Shown in pieces: positions 22,502 through 30,692 of a stretch of 64,000 bases of DNA. Made by a program: the position numbers and the translations under genes. Numbering within the stretch: position 1 is the stretch's first letter; every line of letters starts with the position of its first letter. The notes under the pieces are model-generated. The model worked only from the letters and a program-made list of their open reading frames with translations. It ran no database searches and had not been told where the DNA came from. The DNA is from an uncultured Gemmatimonadales bacterium (GTDB lineage: Bacteria > Gemmatimonadota > Gemmatimonadetes > Gemmatimonadales > Gemmatimonadaceae), in the NCBI GenBank assembly GCA_963851265.1, contig CAWKNZ010000002.1, forward strand, positions 1,568,001 through 1,632,000, in the 5' to 3' direction.

Positions 22502-24819
22502 CGCACGGGTGCAGTCGACGCCGTGCGCGCCGACGCGCCGCCCGCGAGCCAGTAGCCGAACCACTGCCGTAGACGGCCCAACCGATCGGCGAGCAGCCAC
22601 GGCTCGCCGCTGCGCGACAACTCGTGCGTACTGCGTGGGTAGCGGACGAACTCGGCCGGTACACCGCGCTTGCGCAGCGACTCGAACCACATCTCCGCGT
22701 TGCCCATCGGCGTGCGGAAGTCGTCCTCGCTCTGCACCAGCAGGGTCGGCGTGCGTACGCGCGCGACGTGGCGCACCGGCGAGAGCGAGTCGTACATCGC
22801 CTGGTTGTCCCACGGCTTGCCGTAGAATTCGAATTCGGTGAGCCCCTGAGCGTCGCTCGCGCCGTACCAGTAGGTCCAGTCGCTGATCATCCGGTCGACC
22901 TGCGCCGCGCGGAAGCGATTCGTCTTCGTCGTGATCCAGGCAGTCATGAAGCCGCCGTACGAGCCGCCGGTGACGCCCATACGCGTGCTGTCGACGTCGG
23001 GCCGCCGCGCGGCCAGGTCGACGGCGTTCATCAGGTCCTGATAGTCCTCCGCACCCCACCGGCCGCGCGTTGCGTACGTGAAGTCGCCGCCGTAGCCGGT
23101 CGACCCGCGCGGGTTGATGTACAGCACCATCATCCCCGCCCCGGCCAGGTTCTGGAACTCGTCGAACCAGTTCTCGCCGTAGTTGGAATGCGGGCCGCCG
23201 TGGATATAAAGCACGAGCGGGTAGCGGCGGGTGCTGTCGTATTCGAACGGCTTCATGATCCAGCCTTCGATCGGCAGCCCGCCCACGCTCGCGAAGGTGA
23301 ACCGCTCGGCGTCGCTGAACGCCACCTCGCGTCGGAGCGCGTCGTTGAAGTTCGTGAGGCGTCGTTCGCCGGTCCCGTCGGCGTTCGCCGCGAAGAGTTC
23401 GGTGGGCGTCGTCGGCCCGGTCGCGACGTAGGCGACGACGTGCGCGGCGGTGTCGACGGTGAGGCCGCTCAGTCTGCGACGTCCGCCGATCACTTCGCGG
23501 ACCCCGCCGCCGCCGGAGCCGACCCGGTAGAGCGCCGTGCGGCCACCCACCTGCGCGCTCATCAGGAGCAGGCGGTCCGACGCCCACGCGAACTGCTCGG
23601 GCTCGTAGCGGAACTCGCCTAACAGATCGCGGACGCGCCCGCTCGCCACGTCGACCGTCGCGAGCCGCGCGGACTTCGTCCGGCCGGGGTGCCAGACGAA
23701 CGCGACCGTCCGTCCGTCGGGCGACCATGCGAGTTGCGCCTCGCTGCCCGGGAGCGCGGCGAGCTTTCGCGGCTCGGCGCTGCCGTCAACCGGAACGACG
23801 TAGATGTCGACGTCATCGCGGTCGACGTCGTCGCGGGCGCGATCGTAGGGCAGGCGCGCGAGCGAGTCGCGCGTGGCCTGTACGAGCGAGTCGCTGCGGA
23901 GTGCGGAATCCCCCACGAACGCGATGAGGCGCCCATCGGGAGAGAGCGCGGCATCGCGATGCGCGTAGGCCGTCGTCGTCAGGACACGCCGCGCGGTGTC
24001 GCCAGGGCTCCACGCATACAGTTGCGCCGGGTGCGCGCGCGGCGATCCCGCCGGGTTGGGGACGAATCCGCGGTCGTTGCTCTTGTACGGGATTTCGTCG
24101 AAGTGACGCCCGTCGAAGCGGCGCGCGTCGATGGGTTGCGTCACCGCGCCGAACGGGGGCCGAGAGACAGCCTGCCGAGCGGCGGCGTTGGCTGGCGTCC
24201 GGCCGGCAGTCCCGGCGCGTGCGGCACCGCGCCCGGTCGAGTCGGTCGGCGGGAGCTCGGCGCGCGCCGTGTCGGAGGTCGGGCGCGTGCTGTCCGACCA
24301 CACGGCGAGGCGGCCGTCGCGCGACCAACTCGCGCCCGCGGGCGGTGCCGACGCAACGCGAATCGGCGCCCCGCCGGCGCTGTCGGGCGAGACCGCGTAC
24401 GTCGCGGCCACGCCGCGCCGTGGCGCGACGCTCACGTACAGGGTTCCGTTCGGGGAGAAACGCGGCGCGGTGACGTCGACGGAGTCTCCGAACCGCAGCC
24501 GCGTCGGCGTACCCGCGCCCGCCGGAACGAGCCAGACTTCGGAGCGGCGCCGGTTCTCCGCCTGGACGACGCGGGTAACGACGACCGCGACGCGCGCTCC
24601 GTCGGGCGACGCCGCCGGAGCAGCGAGCGTCGCGATCTCGTAGGTGTCCGTCGGGCGGAACGCGCGGCGTGCGAGCGACCGGAGCGAGTCGGGCGCGGCC
24701 GACGCGACACGCGGCGCGGGCGCCTGCGCGCGGACCGCGGGCGCATACGCGCCGACCGCGGCGACGGTCAGGACGGTCGCGCGAACGACACGCGAGGGGT
24801 GTGAGAAGGACGGGCGCAT
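22498..24819 (-). CDS. S9 family (prolyl oligopeptidase/acylaminoacyl) peptidase, secreted
   Basis: Signal peptide ...AVRA/Q, PD40 propeller repeats, YIHGGPH, NPRGSTGYG, catalytic GGSYGG, EDDFR and STHELSRSG. Confidence 0.93.
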   Translation of the reverse strand: MRPSFSHPSRVVRATVLTVAAVGAYAPAVRAQAPAPRVASAAPDSLRSLARRAFRPTDTYEIATLAAPAASPDGARVAVVVTRVVQAENRRRSEVWLVPAGAGTPTRLRFGDSVDVTAPRFSPNGTLYVSVAPRRGVAATYAVSPDSAGGAPIRVASAPPAGASWSRDGRLAVWSDSTRPTSDTARAELPPTDSTGRGAARAGTAGRTPANAAARQAVSRPPFGAVTQPIDARRFDGRHFDEIPYKSNDRGFVPNPAGSPRAHPAQLYAWSPGDTARRVLTTTAYAHRDAALSPDGRLIAFVGDSALRSDSLVQATRDSLARLPYDRARDDVDRDDVDIYVVPVDGSAEPRKLAALPGSEAQLAWSPDGRTVAFVWHPGRTKSARLATVDVASGRVRDLLGEFRYEPEQFAWASDRLLLMSAQVGGRTALYRVGSGGGGVREVIGGRRRLSGLTVDTAAHVVAYVATGPTTPTELFAANADGTGERRLTNFNDALRREVAFSDAERFTFASVGGLPIEGWIMKPFEYDSTRRYPLVLYIHGGPHSNYGENWFDEFQNLAGAGMMVLYINPRGSTGYGGDFTYATRGRWGAEDYQDLMNAVDLAARRPDVDSTRMGVTGGSYGGFMTAWITTKTNRFRAAQVDRMISDWTYWYGASDAQGLTEFEFYGKPWDNQAMYDSLSPVRHVARVRTPTLLVQSEDDFRTPMGNAEMWFESLRKRGVPAEFVRYPRSTHELSRSGEPWLLADRLGRLRQWFGYWLAGGASARTASTAPVR

Positions 24820-24921
24820 CGAAAATATTGCCGAGGACGGTGTCGACGAATCGACGTGCGGAACCATCTGCAGGATAGACCCGGCGCGGGCTGGAACCGC
24901 CACCCCGAACGTGTGTATTTT

Positions 24922-25155
24922 GCGTTGTCGCCGCGCCCTGACGTGGCGACGGTCAACGCCCCATGTACCACCCGAATCCGAGGAGGTGATCCATTGTCTA
25001 CTGCCTGTAGTTTCACCCGGATCGCCCGAGTCGCGTAACGACTCAGGCAACCGCCGGCGGTCCGGGTGGACAGGCCGGAGTGAGGCATCGGAGTTCTTGA
25101 CTCCGGTGCCTCACGAGGAAAGGGCTCTCGGCTTGGCGGCCGAGGGCCCTTTTCG
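24922..25155 (+). ncRNA. Candidate structured RNA with a 16S-3'-end complement and a 14-codon ORF
   Basis: Four consecutive stem domains with G-U pairs, AGGAGGTGATCCA at 24981-24993, TTG...TAA ORF at 24994-25038, terminator-like 3' hairpin with T tract; TATTTT at 24916-24921 just upstream. Confidence 0.6.
25119..25155 (+). terminator. Rho-independent terminator-like hairpin
   Basis: AAAGGGCTCTCGGC / GCCGAGGGCCCTTT followed by TCGTT. Confidence 0.7.
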
Positions 25156-25356
25156 TTCCCAGGTGCCGTTCATCGCCACCGTTCGACCGGCGGAGCGACG
25201 CCGCTACGCTCCGGCGCGCACCTCATGATCGTACGTGAGGCACGACTTCCGCCACTTATGCGCAGCCGGTAGCATTGCACCGCGAGCGCTCGCGTCGGCG
25301 CGCTCGGCACGTTCCTTCCCTGCGCCGCGCGTCCGCGCAACTCCCGGCTCCCTCGG

Positions 25357-27165
25357 TTGCTCCTCGGCTCGCGCGCGAACGTGCTTCGTCCGGCGGCCGC
25401 CTGGCGCCTGTGCCTCCCGGCGTTCGTCGCCGTGTCGGCCGGTCGCGCCGCCGCGCAGGGCCGTGCGCCGACCGGAGCCGCGGCCAACGCGGAGTCCGGG
25501 CCCGCGTCGCCCGCTCGCGACGCGGCGAACTCCGTATGTCGGCGGATCGAGAGTCGCACGAACTTGGCCGAACTCTCGGGACGTACGATCAGCTCGATCG
25601 ACGTCACGACCGGCGGACCGCGGTCCTCGCGGCTGCCGTGGCTCGCCCGACTGAGCAGTCGTGCGCACGTGCGAACGCAGCAGACGACGCTCCGCCGGTT
25701 CATCCTCGTCGCACCCACCGACACCGTCGACACCCTGCGCGTCGCGGAGTCGTTACGACGCCTTCGGCGCCTGAGCTACCTCGACGACGTGCTGCTCGTC
25801 GGCTCGGATTGCGGGGCGAGCACGCCGGTGGCCCTCACGCTCGTCGCGCGCGACGCGATGTCGTTCAGGCCGGACGTGCGGTTCAATTCCGCGACGCCGG
25901 TCAACGGGGCGACCGGAACCGCGACGGCGTCACCGAGCAGCTACAGCGTCGGGTTCAGCGAACGGAACCTCCTCGGTACGGGACGCGACGTTCGGGCGGC
26001 CGCCGTCGGCGCCGAACGCCGGAATGGCTTCGTGCTCGCGGCCGGCGACCCCACGGTGTTGGGGTCGCTCTATGGCGTTCGCGCCCGGTTGGCGCGCAAT
26101 CCGCTCGAGAACGCAACAGCGTTCAGCGTCCGCCCGCCTGACCGCGAGCTCGCCGAAGAGTGGCGCGGCGAGTTCTTCGTCGCCAGCACACGGCGCGCGG
26201 GTGCGGCCGCGCGCGGCGCGAGCTTCGCACGGGCGGGCGGACAGGGGCTGCTCGCTCGGCGAATCACGACGGACAACGGAATCGGCGCGGCGACGTTTCT
26301 GGTCGCCGGCGCGGAAGCGGAGCGGACGCGGCTACTCGCCGGACCCAACGCCATTCTCGGCGGCCCATCGAGCGTGCGGCGCGACTTCGCCGGCATCGAC
26401 GTAGGCGCCGGGCGCTATGCCGAGCAGTACCGCGCGGTGTCGTGGCTCCTGCCCGATGCGCGCGTGGTCGACGTGCCACGCGGAATCGAAGGCGAGTTGA
26501 TCGTCGGGCTCGGGCGTGATCGGGCACTCGGCAGGTCGACGTCGCACATGGACCTGTGGTCGGGCCGCATGTGGCTGCCGAGCGCGGGAACACTCGCGGT
26601 CGCCGACGTGTGGGGGAGCGGCTACGTGCACCCCGGCGCGACGGTGATGGGGTCGGCGGTGTCCGGCGGGTCGGCGCGCGCCTCGCTGGCCGGCGTCGCG
26701 CGTCAGCGCGGCGGGTATTTCTACACGCGCATCGCCGCGGAGCGCTTGCTCGCACCGGATCCGGACCAGCAGGCGTTGCTCGGGTTCGATCCGACGGTAC
26801 GCATGGTGCCGACGCGCACGCGGCTCGCGAACACCGCTGTCGCCGCGCTCGTCGAGCGCGACTGGCGCGTCGTCAGCCGCCTCGCGCGCATCAACGTCGA
26901 TCTCGCCGGGTTTGGCGCGGCTTCGTACCGCACGTCGGAACGCATGCCGAGTCGCGACGGCAACGACGACGTGAACGATTTCTCGACCGCGGTGGGCGCC
27001 GGCATCCATGCGGTGCCCAACGCCCTGGGCCGTCCGGCGCTTCGACTCGACTTCGTCATCCCTGTCACGCACGCCGTCGGAGGACGGTCGAATCCCTACC
27101 TCGCCGCGTCGGTCACACCGTGGATCCTGTTCGACCGCTACCGCGACGGCAGGCGCGGCCGGTGA
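25357..27165 (+). CDS. Outer-membrane protein, Omp85/BamA-TamA-like (POTRA-like region plus beta-barrel); start approximate
   Basis: Signal ...GRAAA/Q; VRTQQTTLRRFIL...AESLRRLRRLSYL is POTRA-like; ERNLLGTG motif typical of Omp85-type barrels; LRLDFVIP near the C-terminus. Confidence 0.6.
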   Translation: MLLGSRANVLRPAAAWRLCLPAFVAVSAGRAAAQGRAPTGAAANAESGPASPARDAANSVCRRIESRTNLAELSGRTISSIDVTTGGPRSSRLPWLARLSSRAHVRTQQTTLRRFILVAPTDTVDTLRVAESLRRLRRLSYLDDVLLVGSDCGASTPVALTLVARDAMSFRPDVRFNSATPVNGATGTATASPSSYSVGFSERNLLGTGRDVRAAAVGAERRNGFVLAAGDPTVLGSLYGVRARLARNPLENATAFSVRPPDRELAEEWRGEFFVASTRRAGAAARGASFARAGGQGLLARRITTDNGIGAATFLVAGAEAERTRLLAGPNAILGGPSSVRRDFAGIDVGAGRYAEQYRAVSWLLPDARVVDVPRGIEGELIVGLGRDRALGRSTSHMDLWSGRMWLPSAGTLAVADVWGSGYVHPGATVMGSAVSGGSARASLAGVARQRGGYFYTRIAAERLLAPDPDQQALLGFDPTVRMVPTRTRLANTAVAALVERDWRVVSRLARINVDLAGFGAASYRTSERMPSRDGNDDVNDFSTAVGAGIHAVPNALGRPALRLDFVIPVTHAVGGRSNPYLAASVTPWILFDRYRDGRRGR

Positions 27166-27219
27166 GCCGCCCGGCGCGGCGATGAACGGAACCCGCCCGC
27201 CGGAGTAGCAGCTTCGATC

Positions 27220-28029
27220 ATGATGCGTGCAATACTGAGATCCGCGGGCGGACTCGCACTGGCGAGTCTGCTCGGCGGCTGTTTCCTCATCACGGCGCTC
27301 AGGCCGGGTGCGAAGGCCCCGTTCCACCCGCCGGATCCCGCGCTCCAGCGCGCACCGCTCTACTTCTATCCGGCGCGCGACACGACCCAGCCGCCGCACG
27401 CCGTGGTGTTCTTCTTCGGCAACGACGTCGGATTCTGGGCGGCGCATCAGCGCCTCGCGGAGCTGCTGAGTCGCGACGGATATTCGGTGATCGGCTTCGA
27501 CGTGAAGCGCGAGCTCGACCACCTGCCCGACGGGCCGACGCGCGAGGCGGTCTACCTCGCGCGCGTCGATTCGCTGCTGTCGCACGGACGCGCGGCACTC
27601 GGAGCGAGCGATCGCCCGCTCGTCATCGCCGGACACTCGATCGGCGCGGAGATCGCCCTCTGGACGGCCGCGCACCTGCGCGCGCCGGCTCTGGTGCCCG
27701 GGCTCGTCGGGGTCGTCGCGATGAGCCCGGGACAGCGCGGGCACCTGCGCACGGGGCTCTCCGACCTGCGGGGCGAGGAGCCGCACGAGCGTGGAAGCTT
27801 CGCGATCGATTCGCAGGTCGCGCTCCTGTCGCCGCGCATCCGCGTCGCGCTCGTGCGCGGCGAACTCGACGGATTTCGCTACGCCGACTCCGGACTCGTC
27901 GCGGCCGGGGCGAAGTTCTTTCTCGTGCCCAAGCAGCACCATTCGCTGAAGGGCATCACCGCGGCAGGGCCGGTCGTGCGCGCCGCGCTGCAGTACGCGA
28001 CGCATCGGGACACGGTGGCGACCCGATGA
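27220..28029 (+). CDS. Alpha/beta hydrolase lipoprotein, AcvB/VirJ-like
   Basis: Lipobox LLGGC; GHSIGA nucleophile elbow; FFFGNDVGFW and GYSVIGFD resemble VirJ/AcvB segments. Confidence 0.6.
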   Translation: MMRAILRSAGGLALASLLGGCFLITALRPGAKAPFHPPDPALQRAPLYFYPARDTTQPPHAVVFFFGNDVGFWAAHQRLAELLSRDGYSVIGFDVKRELDHLPDGPTREAVYLARVDSLLSHGRAALGASDRPLVIAGHSIGAEIALWTAAHLRAPALVPGLVGVVAMSPGQRGHLRTGLSDLRGEEPHERGSFAIDSQVALLSPRIRVALVRGELDGFRYADSGLVAAGAKFFLVPKQHHSLKGITAAGPVVRAALQYATHRDTVATR

Positions 28030-29693
28030 CCGCGCGTTGGATTGCCGCATTGCCCGTGGTGGTCGGTGCGCTCGTCGCGACGCGGGGCGGCGTGGCGTCG
28101 CGCGAGCGCGTCGAAGCGCCCGGGGCCGCACCGCCGACGTCGGGCTGCACGGTCACCCTGATCGACTCGGCGGCCCAGCCGGGCAAGACGGACGCGCCGC
28201 CGCCGGTGGCGCGCGAGTTCCGCGCCGCGTGGGTCTCGCCGGTCGAAGGCGGCGAGTGGCCGTCGCGCACGGGGATGTCGGACGTGGAGCAGCAGCAGCA
28301 GCTGGAGCAGTTGCTCGACCGCGCGGCGGCGATCGGGCTCAACGCCGTGGTGCTGCACGTACGACCCGCGGCCGACGCGCTCTACCCGACCGCGCGCGCG
28401 CCGTGGTCCAGCTACCTCGTCGGGAACGGAGGCGCGCCCGGGTACGATCCGCTCGCGTTCGCGGTACGCGAGGCGCACCGGCGCGGGCTGCAATTGCACG
28501 TGTGGTTCAACCCGTTCCGCGCCGCGCCGCCCGACCAACACGAGGCGCGGGGCGCACGGCAGATCGCCGCGCAGCACCCGGAATGGCTCGTGCGCTACGG
28601 CTCGCAGCGGTGGATCGATCCGGGGTTCCCCGACGCGCGCAGGGACGTGCTCGAGTCGCTGTTCGAGGTCGTCGACAAGTACGACATCGACGCACTGCAC
28701 CTCGACGACTATTTCTATCCCTACCGCGAAGAAGCCACCGTCACGCACCGCGTTCGCGTCGGTCGCCGCGTTCGACGCGTGACCACGACGGAAACGATCG
28801 CGTTCGACGACTCGCGTTCGTGGGCTCGCTACGGTCACGGGGACGACCGCGCGTCGTGGCGGCGGGACAACGTCTCGGAGTTCGTGCAACAGCTGTACGC
28901 CGGCGTCAAAGCGCGCAAGCCGTGGGTCCTCGTCGGCATCAGCCCGTTCGGGATCTGGCGCCCCGGCTCGCCGGCGGGCGTGAGCGGGCTCGACTCGTAC
29001 GCCGAGATCTACGCGGACTCGCGGCGCTGGCTGCGAGAGGGGTGGTTGGACTACCTGGCGCCGCAGCTGTACTGGGCGAGCGACGGCGAACAGGCGCGGT
29101 TCCGAAAGCTCGACGCGTGGTGGCGTGGTGAGAACCCGCACCAGCGGCACGTGTGGCCGGGGCTCCTCACCATGCGCGTCGCGGAGGGGCACAATCGGTG
29201 GCCGGCCGGCGAGATCGCGCACGAGATCGAACTGCTGCGCGCCGCGCGGCAGCCGACGGGGGAATCGCAGGGGCACGTGCACTTCCGCCTCAAGTCGCTG
29301 CTGGCCGACGCGATCGGCGCGCTGGGCGACCGGCTCGCCGGAACGCTCTACGCCGATCGCGCGCTCCCTCCGGCGAGTCCGTGGCTCGGGGCGGCCGCGC
29401 CCGCCGCCCCGCGTTTCGTGGGGTGCGCGGGCCCGACCGGGCCCGACGATCCGCGCGTGCTGACCGTGGCGGCGGGCGACACGACACGCGTGCGGTGGTG
29501 GCTCGCGCGGTGGCGCGACGCGCACGGCGCGTGGACGACGCAGGTGCTCCCCGGCGACACGCCGGCGGTGTCGGCACGGTTCGGGTCGGGTGACGACGCC
29601 GACGAGGTCGCGGTGGCCGCCGTGAGCTCGACGGGCGTGGTCGGTCCGTCCGTCGTGCTGCGGCCGGCGCACGCGGTCGCCGGGCTGCCGTGA
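28026..29693 (+). CDS. GHL10 (YddW/DigH-like) glycoside hydrolase
   Basis: REFRAAWV, VRPAADALY, YDPLAFAVREAHRRGLQLHVWFNPFR, LHLDDYFYPY, GISPFGIW and DYLAPQLYW. Confidence 0.92.
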   Translation: MTARWIAALPVVVGALVATRGGVASRERVEAPGAAPPTSGCTVTLIDSAAQPGKTDAPPPVAREFRAAWVSPVEGGEWPSRTGMSDVEQQQQLEQLLDRAAAIGLNAVVLHVRPAADALYPTARAPWSSYLVGNGGAPGYDPLAFAVREAHRRGLQLHVWFNPFRAAPPDQHEARGARQIAAQHPEWLVRYGSQRWIDPGFPDARRDVLESLFEVVDKYDIDALHLDDYFYPYREEATVTHRVRVGRRVRRVTTTETIAFDDSRSWARYGHGDDRASWRRDNVSEFVQQLYAGVKARKPWVLVGISPFGIWRPGSPAGVSGLDSYAEIYADSRRWLREGWLDYLAPQLYWASDGEQARFRKLDAWWRGENPHQRHVWPGLLTMRVAEGHNRWPAGEIAHEIELLRAARQPTGESQGHVHFRLKSLLADAIGALGDRLAGTLYADRALPPASPWLGAAAPAAPRFVGCAGPTGPDDPRVLTVAAGDTTRVRWWLARWRDAHGAWTTQVLPGDTPAVSARFGSGDDADEVAVAAVSSTGVVGPSVVLRPAHAVAGLP

Positions 29694-29736
29694 GGCGGCC
29701 GACCGCGGATCGCCCGACCGCACCTCGTCGCGGATC

Positions 29737-30692
29737 CTAACGACCGGCGGCCCGCGCCTCGCGTTCGAAGAACTCGACGATCCGTTCGGACGCGTTCACG
29801 CCCGGAGCCGGCCGCGGCGCGAAGATGAACGGCCGGCGTCCGCCCGGCCATGCGTGCGCCTGTGCCGCGACGACGAGTTCGCGCACGTCGCGGCCGGGGG
29901 GACACGCCGTGGCGCGGATCTCGATTACCGCGGCCGAGCTGTCGCGCTCGGCGGCCGACGCGCAGCCATTGCGGCGACTCCAGTACCGCAGCGCGCCCGC
30001 GAACGAGACCGCGAACGCGTTGCGATTGCGCCGCTGGTTGTCACGGTGATCGGCGCGCAGCTCTCCGTCTTCGGCACCGCGGACGAGCATCACCGGGAGT
30101 GCGGCGCGACCCTGACACACGGTGTCGGGCATCGCGCCGGCGACGTCCGCGACGCCCGCGACGAACGCATCGGGTTGGCAGGCGAGTCGGAGCGCGAGCA
30201 TGCCACCGTTGGAGAAGCCCGTCGCGTACACCCGCCCGCGCTCCGAGACGCCGAGCGCGACGAGCGAGTCGGCGACCGCGCGCGCGAAGCCCACGTCGTC
30301 CACCTCGTTGTCGGGGGCGGCGCCGCAGCACGTGATTGCGTTCCACGCGAGGTCGAAGTACCGGATGCCGCCCGTGCCGTTGAGGTAGGCGACGGCCCAC
30401 CCGTGCCGGTCCGCAACGGCGTCGAGCCCGGTCGTGTGCTCCATGATGTTCGCGTTCGCCTGGTAGCCGTGGAACGCGAGGAGCAGCGGGACCACGCGTC
30501 GCGGGCCGGGCGGCAGGTGCAGCAGGTACGACCGCTCGCGCCCGGCGGCGCGCATCGTGTGAAACGTGGTCTCGCCCGGGCGTGCGACGGCGAGCGGGCG
30601 GGCGCCCAGAATCGGGGCGCACGCCGCTGCGGCCGCGACGAGTCCGCCTAACAGGATGCGGAGCGCCGCCGCGCGCCGCGCGCCGGGGTCAC
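29737..30692 (-). CDS. PHB-depolymerase/LpqP-type esterase, probable lipoprotein; apparent 1-nt frameshift near the 5' end
   Basis: FHGY, WNAITCCG, DDVGF, TGFSNGG and HAWPGG. The frame upstream of ATG 30555 stays open through a signal LRILLGGLVAAAAAC but has no start codon; the GTG at 30692 is in another frame. Confidence 0.8.

Noticed and set aside
24981..24993. 16S rRNA gene fragment on the minus strand
   Set aside because: Only 13 nt match; the flanks do not continue as 16S (AGCCGC would follow) and no rRNA operon is present.
24922..25155. tmRNA, 6S RNA, SRP RNA or hammerhead ribozyme
   Set aside because: The short ORF ending in Ala with its stop in a hairpin loop recalls tmRNA, but there is no tRNA-like acceptor or T-arm. 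There is no end-to-end rod with a central bubble (6S), no SRP GGAA-loop domain, and CCTCACGAGGAAA lacks the CUGANGA-stem-GAAA hammerhead layout. An Rfam scan is still needed.
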